Shown: positions 1 to 10,617, counted from the stretch's first letter. The stretch: DNA of 64,000 nucleotides from Gammaproteobacteria bacterium (GCA_030829955.1 JAURNY010000026.1:516-64515); one strand, 5' to 3'. The notes: generated by a model not told the origin, from the sequence alone. Program-made: numbers and translations.

Positions 1-200
1 CTGTTACACTCGCCGCAGTAGTTATAGTTTCAATGTTAGGTGCATGTATTGCGAGTGGAATTATAGGAGTATTAGTGCCTTTAACACTTCGAAGATTTGG
101 TGCCGATCCAGCGACAGCATCAACAATTTTTCTAACAACGGCAACAGATATTATTAGTATGGGATTATTATTGCTGCTTGCTACAGTCATAATTTTATAA
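1..200 (+). CDS. mgtE: Magnesium transporter MgtE, C-terminal end (partial, runs off window start)
   Basis: Frame from nt 3 reads ...GVLVPLTLRRFGADPATASTIFLTTATDIISMGLLLLLATVIIL*, the MgtE TM5 DPAxAS..xTTxTD signature. Confidence 0.85.
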   Translation, partial: VTLAAVVIVSMLGACIASGIIGVLVPLTLRRFGADPATASTIFLTTATDIISMGLLLLLATVIIL

Positions 201-365
201 GTATAAAATCATCTTAATTTAGTAATAGTTTGTAATAAGTATACTGATAGTATTGAGTATATTTATGAATATTAATATCTTATGCTGTAGTCATGATACA
301 TGCGTATTGCTATTGAAAAAAATCTTAAGATTTACATTGGTTTCACAGATTAATGCGCCAAGTCA

Positions 366-1316
366 TTATTTTACCTCTATAGCAATTCTTAATACTTCAA
401 GTGTGCTATTTACAATTGTTTCAGGGGACTCTTGATGAATACTATGACCGCTTTCATCAGCAATGACTTGCCAGGAGTTACTAGAAAGCGTTGTTAAATC
501 CTTTTGCATTGCACGCCACTCCTCTTCAAGCGAACCAATACCTTCAATATCAGGCAGCTGTTTTTTGCCTCTGGTTAATACAGCAATAGGCATTGAAAGT
601 TGACCAATTTTAATTTCTTTAACTTCTTCGGCACTGTCTTCAAAACTAGCAAGTTCATCCATTTGACTCCAGACTGATTTACGTTGAGCATTTAAATGCT
701 TCCAATATTTTTGTTCTGTTGATAATAAACTTTCATCCTCAAATTTATAACCACCTACTGTTTGTTTGGGCATCACATCAAGATCATCCAGAGCAGCAAG
801 TCGTTCAATTTGATCTGGGTGAGAAGAATCCACAAGAACTAAGCCAGCTGTTTGATTCGGTAATGCGTATGCTAAAAATTGTGCTACAAAGCCACCAAAT
901 GAATGACCAATAAAAATATAAGGACCGGTAATTTTTGCTTTCTTCAATAAGTGATATAACTCAGTAGCTATTTGTTGCGCTGTTCGTGGTCCCGGTCCAG
1001 GGTCACTTAAGCCCATACCAGCACGATCATATAGGCAGACTTGGGTATGTTTGGAAAGCGCTGCTTGTATAGGTAACCAGTTTGCCAGCGAATCGCCAAT
1101 ACCTGGTTCAATAATAATTGGGATATCACCTTCTCCCTGACAATCAATATATAGTCGAAACTGCTGGAACATCAAATAGACTTTACCCGGAGCTTTATAC
1201 TTGTCAGCAGAAACAGCAAAAGTGCTCTGACATATCAATAAGGCCAGAGAAAAAAAGACAATAAGTTTTAGGGAGATTGTTCGCATTGCAACTGAATAGG
1301 TTAGCACATTAAACAT
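366..1316 (-). CDS. Secreted alpha/beta-fold hydrolase
   Basis: Signal-peptide-like N-terminus, YDRAGMGLS, nucleophile elbow GHSFGG, C-terminal SGHSIH. Confidence 0.85.
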   Translation of the reverse strand: MFNVLTYSVAMRTISLKLIVFFSLALLICQSTFAVSADKYKAPGKVYLMFQQFRLYIDCQGEGDIPIIIEPGIGDSLANWLPIQAALSKHTQVCLYDRAGMGLSDPGPGPRTAQQIATELYHLLKKAKITGPYIFIGHSFGGFVAQFLAYALPNQTAGLVLVDSSHPDQIERLAALDDLDVMPKQTVGGYKFEDESLLSTEQKYWKHLNAQRKSVWSQMDELASFEDSAEEVKEIKIGQLSMPIAVLTRGKKQLPDIEGIGSLEEEWRAMQKDLTTLSSNSWQVIADESGHSIHQESPETIVNSTLEVLRIAIEVK

Positions 1317-1404
1317 AAATTAGCCTCAGGCGTAAACTAAGGCAAATATTCAAAAAATGTATAGAATTGAAACATGATCAAAACATAGACAAGAATAAAG
1401 GGGG

Positions 1405-1674
1405 CTATCCACCCTCAATAGCAGGAATGATATCCAAGACATCACCTGTTCGGACGGAATTATTAAAGTCTGATTCCCTGATTAAGGTATTATTATGAAA
1501 CATCAATATTTGCGGATTGACATGTCCATCTTTCCACAACATGTTATGGATTTCAGGTGATTGTTTAGATATTTCAGAAATACAATCATATATTTGCTTA
1601 CCTTTTAACTGAATCTCAAGTGGTAACTCATCTGATGTCATCAACGAGGGTGATAAACGCAATGTCAGGCGCAA
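1405..1674 (-). CDS. MoaD/ThiS family sulfur-carrier protein
   Basis: 89 aa, C-terminal GDVLDIIPAIEGG di-glycine; overlaps the end of the AOR gene. Confidence 0.85.
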   Translation of the reverse strand: MRLTLRLSPSLMTSDELPLEIQLKGKQIYDCISEISKQSPEIHNMLWKDGHVNPQILMFHNNTLIRESDFNNSVRTGDVLDIIPAIEGG

Positions 1675-3488
1675 AGTTTTTTTATCTCTTCATCAAAATG
1701 AGAAAACACTCGTTTTTTCAATTCTTTTAAATATTTTTCAGTCAGGAACGAAGGCGTTTTTACATTTTCATTCTGCATCTTTAAAATTTCTGCGGGCAGT
1801 TCATAATCGCTATCGTTAAAACCCTGTTTCTTTTCGAGCCAGATGCCTCTTAAAAATGCATGTCTTACAGTTGTTTTGATCTCATCTTCAGAAATATTGA
1901 TTCCAGTTAATAGGGAAATTGCCTGAGTTAAACGTTGACCATCAAGGTTAGAAAATTTACAAATACCAGTGATATCATCGCGCACCATGTATAGTCCTTT
2001 ATTAACGATGACATTCTCCCAGTAATCCAGATTGGTTTCACCTTCAGCAGCTAGCAGACCATAAGTCTGCATACTCATATGTCCACCAGCTATGGCCCAA
2101 ATATAACCGGGATTCGTTTCCGGTAAGTAAGAAGGTAATTCCAAACCTTTAACGTGCATGGCGTAATCTGTTGAATTAAGTGATTCAGATAACCTCTTAA
2201 CACCTTGCCCAAGTTCCAGACATTTTCCTTGGCCGACCGATATTAACAAATCACGTATTAATTCGAAGTCACCAAATCTGGCATTATTTAATAATGGCGC
2301 ATCGGGATTACGTTGATTGTAATCCAGTACAAAAGACAAGGTGGCACCTGCAGAAATTGAATCCATACCATAGCGGTCACAAAGCGCGACGAGTTCAGTG
2401 GCTTGTCTGCTATCATGAATTCCAAGGTTGGTTGAGAGTAAATTAAGTGGTTCGTAATCAAACTTCGCCAAAAATTTACCGTGCTTGCCGGCCGTAGTTT
2501 TTTCATAAATATTTTTATGACAGGCAATAGCGCATCGAAAACAATTTTCTGCCTTCACAACAAAGTCTTTTTCGACTTCTTGTCTAGCTAATTGTAGTGC
2601 TTTAGGATTAGCCGGAGGTTTGAAATTATTTTCAGGAACGATATTTAATTTGCTTAAGGTGTCATAGTTAGACCACGTTCCACCTAAGCCACCTTTTTTA
2701 ATTTCCCGATATTTTCTGGAACCGGGTCCGGTCGCGATAAATTTATTTAATTCTTTTAATTCACCAGTTAGTGATATTTTCGGATCTCGTGCATCAGCGA
2801 TAATGCCAATGATATTTTTGTAACCCATGATAGAGCCCATGCCGCCGCGGCCTGCCCAGCGACATTTATCATCACCGGATTTAAGTAGGTTTTCAGTACT
2901 ACAGGCAACTGAGCCAAAAAAACATTTATCATAATGTTCGCCTGCTTCACCAATTACGGCAAAGTGACTATCCGCAAACTGTTTTTGTAAAAGCAATATT
3001 TTTTCATGACTGCTCTTACCTAGATAATCATCAGCAGGAATTAAATTTATTTCAGGACCATGTTCACTTTGTTTTACATGTAATAAAACAGGTGTAGATG
3101 AACGACCTTCAAAAACAATTTCATCAATGCCAGTCCAGCGTAATTTTGAACCAAATTTACCGCTGGCAGCTGACCACATAGCGCCAGGTCTACCCTGATT
3201 TGAAACTTTTAACGGACTATAGCTGCAAAAATATGTACGTAAACCTGTCATGATCGGTGTGCCGGTTAATAAACCTGTTGTAACGATTAAGGGATTATTT
3301 TCACTATAGGCATGATCGACATCATGCTTTGCGAGAGTTTGGTAAGCACGAGCAAAGCCACCTAAAACTTCTTCGAGGTTTTGACAATGACGTTGATGAA
3401 CTTTAATTGTGCTGTTTGTTAAATTGATAACACACTGTTGATAAGTCACATCGTTGATGTTTGAAAGATTGTTTTTTACTACGCTCAT
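1665..3488 (-). CDS. aor: Aldehyde:ferredoxin oxidoreductase (AOR family, W/Mo-pterin, 4Fe-4S)
   Basis: YSPLK, AGRGGMGSIMGYKNI, CFRCAIAC, DYEP, CDRYGMDSIS, MHVKGLELPSY, DDITGICKF motifs. Confidence 0.85.
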   Translation of the reverse strand: MSVVKNNLSNINDVTYQQCVINLTNSTIKVHQRHCQNLEEVLGGFARAYQTLAKHDVDHAYSENNPLIVTTGLLTGTPIMTGLRTYFCSYSPLKVSNQGRPGAMWSAASGKFGSKLRWTGIDEIVFEGRSSTPVLLHVKQSEHGPEINLIPADDYLGKSSHEKILLLQKQFADSHFAVIGEAGEHYDKCFFGSVACSTENLLKSGDDKCRWAGRGGMGSIMGYKNIIGIIADARDPKISLTGELKELNKFIATGPGSRKYREIKKGGLGGTWSNYDTLSKLNIVPENNFKPPANPKALQLARQEVEKDFVVKAENCFRCAIACHKNIYEKTTAGKHGKFLAKFDYEPLNLLSTNLGIHDSRQATELVALCDRYGMDSISAGATLSFVLDYNQRNPDAPLLNNARFGDFELIRDLLISVGQGKCLELGQGVKRLSESLNSTDYAMHVKGLELPSYLPETNPGYIWAIAGGHMSMQTYGLLAAEGETNLDYWENVIVNKGLYMVRDDITGICKFSNLDGQRLTQAISLLTGINISEDEIKTTVRHAFLRGIWLEKKQGFNDSDYELPAEILKMQNENVKTPSFLTEKYLKELKKRVFSHFDEEIKKLCA

Positions 3489-3606
3489 AATAATTACTTA
3501 TAGTTAATCGTTTCTGTTTAATAAGAAACTTATGTTGACAAACTAAGAGGGGTAGACTCAGGAGCCACCACTGATTGAGTGGCATACTATCGTTATCCAG
3601 TTCCGT

Positions 3607-3647
3607 AACAAAATAACATTTCGTAATTTATTTATTACGAAATGTTA
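3607..3647 (-). terminator. Intrinsic terminator-like hairpin after the 191-aa gene
   Basis: Perfect 14-bp inverted repeat TAACATTTCGTAAT (3614-3627)/ATTACGAAATGTTA (3634-3647), followed by TTTTGTT on the minus strand. Confidence 0.6.
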
Positions 3648-3682
3648 GGTCTACATGGTGACTATATGTTGATTTGGAATAA

Positions 3683-4258
3683 CTAATAGATGACTAACTG
3701 ACGAACGACTTCTGTGTGTGACAATACCTCATTAATCTCATTAGCTATGATATTGCGAGTATCTTGATTGAGTGAATTATCATCTCGAACCAGTATCATT
3801 ACTGTAGCAGGGTGAACGAATAAATCTTTCATGTGATAACACTCTGCGGGTGCTATTGGTAATGCACCATCATGGTGATAATCTTTTTCCAAAGATTCAT
3901 GACTAATAGTCATGAGACTTGATTCCAGCGCCATTGTTTTACCCAAATACTCATCACATTGTGGTAGACGAAATATTGCGCTTTCAATAACGCTTTTAGA
4001 TAAGGTCAGTAATTCATTGGCATCCAGATTGACTACTGCTGTATCAAGATCATTGTCGTTGAGAGAGTTAACCAATTGCCGTGCCTTGATTTCATATTTA
4101 GAGAGTAGACCAGCGGCAATAGAGAGTCTTTCCTTATCTTCTGCTGCTGATATTTCTATCTTGGAAATACCATCAAATTGCCCCTCTTTGATAGGAATGC
4201 TGGCATATGCCAAGCCGGATAAAAGAAATAGATAAGACAGATTAAGAAAAGTTTTCAT
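3683..4258 (-). CDS. Secreted hypothetical protein, His/Cys-rich, putative metal-binding
   Basis: Signal peptide (..LAYA|S); motifs PQC, DYHHDGALP, CYHMKDLFVHP, EINEVLSH; Fur box upstream. Confidence 0.7.
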   Translation of the reverse strand: MKTFLNLSYLFLLSGLAYASIPIKEGQFDGISKIEISAAEDKERLSIAAGLLSKYEIKARQLVNSLNDNDLDTAVVNLDANELLTLSKSVIESAIFRLPQCDEYLGKTMALESSLMTISHESLEKDYHHDGALPIAPAECYHMKDLFVHPATVMILVRDDNSLNQDTRNIIANEINEVLSHTEVVRQLVIY

Positions 4259-4289
4259 ACAAATTGTTATACTGCAATAAATTATATTT

Positions 4290-4308
4290 AATGATAACGA
4301 TTCTCATT
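4290..4308. promoter_or_regulatory. Fur box
   Basis: AATGATAACGATTCTCATT, 9-1-9 near-palindrome resembling the Fur consensus, about 30 nt upstream of the 4258 start. Confidence 0.8.
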
Positions 4309-4412
4309 AATATTTGAAAGCTTTTTTTAAAATGGATTCCAAGTGTAATAGCGTGTATTTTCATATAGCCGACGTTAAGACAGGCACCTAATCGCATTCA
4401 CTAAAATAGTTA

Positions 4413-4751
4413 CTAGCTTGATATCTTTTTATGAAGCTGTGGAATGGTTGAATTATCTCCCGCTTTCATATACCGACTTTCTCTATCTAACGCGGTTACA
4501 TTTTCATAGACACCATCATCTCTTTTGACAAGCTTGGTAAAGCCTTTTTCTTTGAGAGTGGAATTGCTAGTTGGAATCGCGACACTAACAGGGCGAATTA
4601 CTTTTCTGACAGGGGCTTCAAAGTCGGTATCATCGAGTGAGATCTGGGCGGTAAAGCATACTTCACCCCAGGTACTCAGAGACTCACTAATACGATGGTT
4701 GACTTCAATCGTCTTACCATTTGCTTCACAGAAATAATCGTAATTTGGCAT
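4413..4751 (-). CDS. FmdB-like zinc-ribbon domain protein
   Basis: N-terminus MPNYDYFCEANG..EVNH, TWGEVC, KGFTKLVKRDDGVYENVT. Confidence 0.7.
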   Translation of the reverse strand: MPNYDYFCEANGKTIEVNHRISESLSTWGEVCFTAQISLDDTDFEAPVRKVIRPVSVAIPTSNSTLKEKGFTKLVKRDDGVYENVTALDRESRYMKAGDNSTIPQLHKKISS

Positions 4752-4789
4752 ATTGAATAATTTAAAAATGATTTAATCAAAAGATAACC

Positions 4790-5731
4790 CTATTCCCACT
4801 CTAGTTCAACAAAAGCACGACTGACATTTCGTTTGTGCTGTTGCTCGAAAAATTGCCATTTTGTTGTCTGGGATTTGCCAACTTTATCAATAACTTCTTC
4901 CAAAAAGGCACCCTCGTTGATCATTGCGCGTGTTTCATCTAGCAGTGTTTGAAGATATTCGTTTTGTCTAGCCAGAGCGGTTTCAATATCAATGTCAAAC
5001 TTGCCATGACCTGGAATAACATGTCCGAGTTTATCTGTATTTATATCCCGCATAATTTGTAGCCAACCTTTTAGTGACCCATCTATTACAGGAATACGAT
5101 CCACAAATAACAGGTCAGATAACCATAAAGTGCCAGTATTTATATCAAACACGCTCAAATCTGAATGTGAATGAGCTATTGGATAGGCTTTAAGTATTAA
5201 CTTTCTATTACCTAGATCCAGTACCATTTCATTTTTAACGATCAAATCAGGCAATACAATAAGTCCTGATTCTTTTTTACCGCCGAGTTCATCCAGATAG
5301 TTTTCAAGAAAAAATACTTCATTTATTTTCAATTCATTAACAAGGTTGGCATGACCAATAAATATAATCCCTTCTTTTTGAAATGCTTTATTTCCAAGCA
5401 AATGATCAAAATGCACATGAGTATTAATGACGTAACATATAGGTGTATCGGTTTGAGACTGGATAGAATTAAAAAGATCATCTCCAATTTTAATTGAGCC
5501 ACCGGTATCAATGACAGCAACACAGTTTTCACCTTCAATAAAACCTATGTTGGCAATATCTTCCCTTTCAGGCACATCTAGACCAGCATGTTGTCCCTGG
5601 TGGACAAAAAAACCTTCTGCAACAGTTTGTAGAGACAGTTCTGATGCGTATACATATTGATAATTACTAGTAATTATCAAACTAAAATAAATAAGCTTTT
5701 TTAGTATTGAGTGAAATTGTTTGAATATCAT
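4790..5731 (-). CDS. Periplasmic MBL-fold metallohydrolase (quinoprotein-relay/SoxH-like)
   Basis: Signal peptide, IANIGFI, VIDTGGS, THVHFDHLLGN, AHSHSD, IPGHG, C-terminal ELEWE. Confidence 0.8.
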   Translation of the reverse strand: MIFKQFHSILKKLIYFSLIITSNYQYVYASELSLQTVAEGFFVHQGQHAGLDVPEREDIANIGFIEGENCVAVIDTGGSIKIGDDLFNSIQSQTDTPICYVINTHVHFDHLLGNKAFQKEGIIFIGHANLVNELKINEVFFLENYLDELGGKKESGLIVLPDLIVKNEMVLDLGNRKLILKAYPIAHSHSDLSVFDINTGTLWLSDLLFVDRIPVIDGSLKGWLQIMRDINTDKLGHVIPGHGKFDIDIETALARQNEYLQTLLDETRAMINEGAFLEEVIDKVGKSQTTKWQFFEQQHKRNVSRAFVELEWE

Positions 5732-5924
5732 GGATATAACTAATCTTATCTAAATAGACGGTTTAACTATAGACACTAAATTAACGTTTAAAATTTAATT
5801 ATATTAATAAATACTAACAGTTTTACTGGCCAATCGTCTCGTTCTTCGCTAGATTTAGAGACATACATAATGATAAAAGTAGTAAAGAATCCTTAGTTTT
5901 AACCGGTAACAAACAGGAGGAAAT

Positions 5925-6134
5925 GTGCTTAATAATGATTCTGTATCTAATTTTCTTGAAAAAGATGAAGTATTTAGACGTTTACATGATAAACACGAAC
6001 AGCTTAAAAAGATGGTGAGGATGGTTAATGAAGGTGAAATCAGCATGGATGAGTTTGAATTAGGGGCGATGAAAAAAGAAAAGCTCTCATTAAAGGATAA
6101 GATGTCAGATATGCTTCAGGAACATCAGCATTAG
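5925..6134 (+). CDS. DUF465/YdcH family small coiled-coil protein
   Basis: FRRLHDKHEQL...MKKEKLSLKDKM pattern; AGGAGG RBS upstream. Confidence 0.7.
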   Translation: MLNNDSVSNFLEKDEVFRRLHDKHEQLKKMVRMVNEGEISMDEFELGAMKKEKLSLKDKMSDMLQEHQH

Positions 6135-6149
6135 TAATATACACTTTAC

Positions 6150-6174
6150 AAAAAGCCCCATCTCGGGGCTTTTT
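6150..6174. terminator. Bidirectional intrinsic terminator
   Basis: AAAAAGCCCC-ATCTC-GGGGCTTTTT between convergent genes. Confidence 0.85.
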
Positions 6175-6178
6175 GGTT

Positions 6179-6988
6179 TTACAGTGCGAGTTTTATACCG
6201 ATTGCAAACAACATACTGGCGAGCAAAGGACACATTATTTTCTCAGGTAAAATAGAACCTACGTGACTTCCCAAATATATGCCAGGCAGTGAACCAATCA
6301 ACATAGTACCAAGTAAAACATAATTTACAGTGCCGAGATGAGCATGACCCAACCCGGCAATGGCGGTAATAGGAACCGCATGTGCAAGATCTGTTGCGGC
6401 AATCTGGATGATTTTCATGCGTGGATAAAGAATGAATAGCGCCGCAGCACCTATGACACCTGCGCCGACAGATGAAATTGTGACCAACGCGCCAATCAAG
6501 ACGCCTGACAATATCGTGACAGGTGTTTTCAGTTTTTGATTTAATGATTTGAGCGATTCAAAACGTGGATTTATCATTATTTTATGTAATCTGTTACGTG
6601 ATAACAAAAATATGGCGGTCAAAATCAATGCAAAACTTAATGTATGCATAATCATTTCATCATAATTTATACCTGCGCTATCTAGTCTGTTCAGGAAAAC
6701 CAGTGCGGTTAAAGACGAAGGAATGCTACCAAAACTCAAAAGACCCACGATTTTCCACTGCACATTACCTTTTGCATTATGGATGAAAATACCACCGGAT
6801 TTTGTGATAGCCGCATAGAGCAGATCCGTACCCACGGCAATCACAGGTTTAATGCCAAAACCCAATACCAGTAGTGGGGTCATCAGTGAGCCGCCACCAA
6901 CGCCTGTAAGTCCGACGACAAATCCGACTGCAAAACCAGATAAAATGAATAGAAATTGCTGTTCCATAAAAAAGTGTTGTAAAAACAT
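6179..6988 (-). CDS. Sulfite exporter TauE/SafE family protein
   Basis: GLTGVGGGSLMTP, AVGTDL, SSVGAG, TDLAHAVP motifs; multi-TM. Confidence 0.9.
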   Translation of the reverse strand: MFLQHFFMEQQFLFILSGFAVGFVVGLTGVGGGSLMTPLLVLGFGIKPVIAVGTDLLYAAITKSGGIFIHNAKGNVQWKIVGLLSFGSIPSSLTALVFLNRLDSAGINYDEMIMHTLSFALILTAIFLLSRNRLHKIMINPRFESLKSLNQKLKTPVTILSGVLIGALVTISSVGAGVIGAAALFILYPRMKIIQIAATDLAHAVPITAIAGLGHAHLGTVNYVLLGTMLIGSLPGIYLGSHVGSILPEKIMCPLLASMLFAIGIKLAL

Positions 6989-7031
6989 AATAATTCCGAT
7001 TTTCTACTTTAGGCAGACTTCAAGCAACTGA

Positions 7032-8057
<1,026 letters not shown>

Positions 8058-8069
8058 CTGTTAATAGTA

Positions 8070-8405
8070 TTAAAGAAAATCTAGGTCAGGATTGTTTTTC
8101 AATATCTCTTTGGCTTCTTCCTGTTCATTACTCTCTGCTTTCAATACTTCTTTTACAAACTGAAAATAGATGGTGTAAATTTTAGTTGGCTTGCCTGCTT
8201 CTTCTAGAATAAAGAAAGGTGCCCGTTCCACCTGATACTGTTTTGCCAGTTGCATACCTTCGCTATTAGGTTCACGTTCATCGGCAATGGCAATGTGATC
8301 TATACAGTCGATATACCCATCTTTTTCAAGACGAGAGTGTACTTCAGTACATTTTTTGCATGGGATGCCATCTGCGAGGATTTTTTTAACTAATGTAATA
8401 TGCAT
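8070..8405 (-). CDS. Thioredoxin-like (CxxC) hypothetical protein
   Basis: PCKKC after first beta strand and later RAPFF (cis-Pro-like); start directly abuts the cysH stop. Confidence 0.65.
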   Translation of the reverse strand: MHITLVKKILADGIPCKKCTEVHSRLEKDGYIDCIDHIAIADEREPNSEGMQLAKQYQVERAPFFILEEAGKPTKIYTIYFQFVKEVLKAESNEQEEAKEILKNNPDLDFL

Positions 8406-9146
8406 TTATTTCTTTTCGAGATTATCAGCGTGTAAACCGCATTCTTTTTTTGTTGCTTCTTCCCACCACCAACGTCCTTGACGCTCATGTTGCCCGGGTA
8501 ATACGGGTCTGGTACATGGCTCACAACCGATACTAATAAAGCCTTTTTTATGTAATTCGTTATAAGGAACATCGTTTGTACGAATATAGTCCCATACCTT
8601 GGAAGAACTCCAGTTTGCCAATGGATTAAATTTAAATAGGGATTTTTCTGTGCTTGAGAACGATTTATCAAGCTGTATAACAGGAACATCATTTCTGGTA
8701 TCAGGACTTTGATCCTTGCGTTGACCAGTGATCCATACATCCAATTGAGATAGCTTATTTTTTAGAGGTAACACTTTCCTGATACCACAGCATTCATGAT
8801 GACCATCGAGGTAGAAACTGTACAACCCTTTATTTGAAACCATCTGTTGAACAGCTTTTGCTTCAGGAAACAAAACATCAATTTCAATTTGGTAATGTTC
8901 GCGGACACGGTCTATAAAACGGTAGGTTTCTGCGTGCAGGCGTCCTGTGTCAAGACAGAAAACACCAAAATTTGAATCTAGTTTAATGGCAAGATCTATT
9001 AACACCACATCTTCTGCACCGCTGAATGATATTGCTACCGAATCAAACTGCTCCAAAGCGAGTTTGATGATTTCCCGAGGCGAGCTTTTAGAAAGCTCAC
9101 CAGCATATTTTTTATGATCGAATTGCTCTGTATTCATAGTATTCAT
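8406..9146 (-). CDS. cysH: Adenylyl-sulfate (APS) reductase, thioredoxin-dependent, 4Fe-4S type
   Basis: [36 protein letters not shown]. Confidence 0.95.
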   Translation of the reverse strand: MNTMNTEQFDHKKYAGELSKSSPREIIKLALEQFDSVAISFSGAEDVVLIDLAIKLDSNFGVFCLDTGRLHAETYRFIDRVREHYQIEIDVLFPEAKAVQQMVSNKGLYSFYLDGHHECCGIRKVLPLKNKLSQLDVWITGQRKDQSPDTRNDVPVIQLDKSFSSTEKSLFKFNPLANWSSSKVWDYIRTNDVPYNELHKKGFISIGCEPCTRPVLPGQHERQGRWWWEEATKKECGLHADNLEKK

Positions 9147-9254
9147 TTGTTTTTTGCAGGATGCGCATAGTAACAGAAATCAATATACCAACCATAAAAA
9201 TACAATATATCGTTATCACAAACTGTTCTAAACTCGCATACGAATTTTTAAGTA

Positions 9255-10142
9255 TTACAGGAAAGAATGGCTTTCCATATATTTGTTAGGAATATAAGTG
9301 CCATGCGACGAGAAATCTGTCAAATAGAGAGTGTTATTAGGATCTAGTTCCAGAACCAGATGTGTACGAGATACGTCTCGTAATTTCGGATCTATCATAA
9401 TTGTGCAATTCGTATCACGACCAATGGTATTTTTACTAACTTTTAAATCGTAATTGCGACCAGCATTATCAATAAATTTATTAGGCGAACCAGCGACGAT
9501 TTTACATTCATATTTCGATAATAATATTTTGATTACCAGACCTTTATGCAAGGCTATTGTTACGTTTTCACCTTTTAACATACGTTCCATCTTGGTATTT
9601 TTGCTGGTGCTAGAAAATGGTTCAAATACTTTATTCTCAAGCACTAATTTATCTTTTAGCAGGTTAGCACTAATGTCACCTTCATCACTTGAAGTTGTTT
9701 TCGAATTCTTTTTCTTCTCGGAGTATAGATATTTGATGATTTCCTGTCTGGAAGATAAATATTGCATGTATTTTACAACCGCGATTCGACGAAAAGGGTT
9801 AAGTTCATCTTTCTCTTCAAGATTTAGTCCCTGAATGATAGAACGCCATTGGTTATCTTGTGAAAAGATTTGCGGATCTAGTGAACGTAATGTCCGATTA
9901 ATACTCTCGGTATCTTCTATAGATTCTGACAGCATTGAAACGAAACGTTTTTCAATTTTTTTAATTGTGTGGGCTTCTTTTTTTAACTCATCCAGACTGA
10001 ACTTCACCATCTGTGTAATCTTTCTGGCGGGCACGCATGTTCTACCAGCAAGACAAAATTCAAAATCAGCCAATGAGCCAAATTTTAGCGTTTGTTCGCC
10101 AACTGTAAATTCTATAGGTTTGTAAAATATTTTATCGAACAT
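9255..10142 (-). CDS. FHA-domain protein (unknown N-terminal region, C-terminal FHA)
   Basis: NTIGRD...DVSRTH...TDFSSHGTY FHA motifs. Confidence 0.8.
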   Translation of the reverse strand: MFDKIFYKPIEFTVGEQTLKFGSLADFEFCLAGRTCVPARKITQMVKFSLDELKKEAHTIKKIEKRFVSMLSESIEDTESINRTLRSLDPQIFSQDNQWRSIIQGLNLEEKDELNPFRRIAVVKYMQYLSSRQEIIKYLYSEKKKNSKTTSSDEGDISANLLKDKLVLENKVFEPFSSTSKNTKMERMLKGENVTIALHKGLVIKILLSKYECKIVAGSPNKFIDNAGRNYDLKVSKNTIGRDTNCTIMIDPKLRDVSRTHLVLELDPNNTLYLTDFSSHGTYIPNKYMESHSFL

Positions 10143-10211
10143 GTTTTTATTTTAGTTAATGCAGATGAACATTTTTCTATATTGCACAATACAGTATATT
10201 TATTATTTTTC

Positions 10212-10227
10212 TGTGATTTACATCACA
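10212..10227. promoter_or_regulatory. CRP/Vfr-type binding site
   Basis: TGTGA-TTTACA-TCACA, perfect TGTGA-N6-TCACA, about 70 nt upstream of the FHA gene start. Confidence 0.75.
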
Positions 10228-10300
10228 CTTTATTATTTTAGAATAATCTCCACACGTATTTTCTTATTAAGTAGAAAAATTTAAGCTAATGTTAGCTATT

Positions 10301-10617
10301 TCAACATGAAAATTTAGGTGTGGCATACAGCGTCCATACTGCAAAGTTGCGATATAAATCAACATGCTGTAACTAGCTTTTATTATCAGGTAAGCCAAAT
10401 GCAGTAAATGAGCATTTAGGTATGCGCTGTATTTTTTTAGCCTGTTCCTGAGTATGGGAACAATATTTTCATTCAGAATTAGATCATCGATAGGTTGTTT
10501 TTTAAGTAAAACTTTAGAATGTTCTTATATTGATTGTGCATAATAAGCAATGGAACTACAGCCACAATTAGCAACAAATAACAGCAGAATACAGCAAACG
10601 TAACTATATTGCTTCAT
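10301..10617 (-). pseudogene. Decayed 5' part of a putative aminopeptidase lipoprotein (DUF2265/Aminopep family)
   Basis: Minus-strand fragments CGCSSIAYYAQSI*EHSKVLLKKQPIDDLI, FGLPDNKS*, VDLYRNFAVWTLYATPKFS with stops and frameshifts. Confidence 0.75.
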
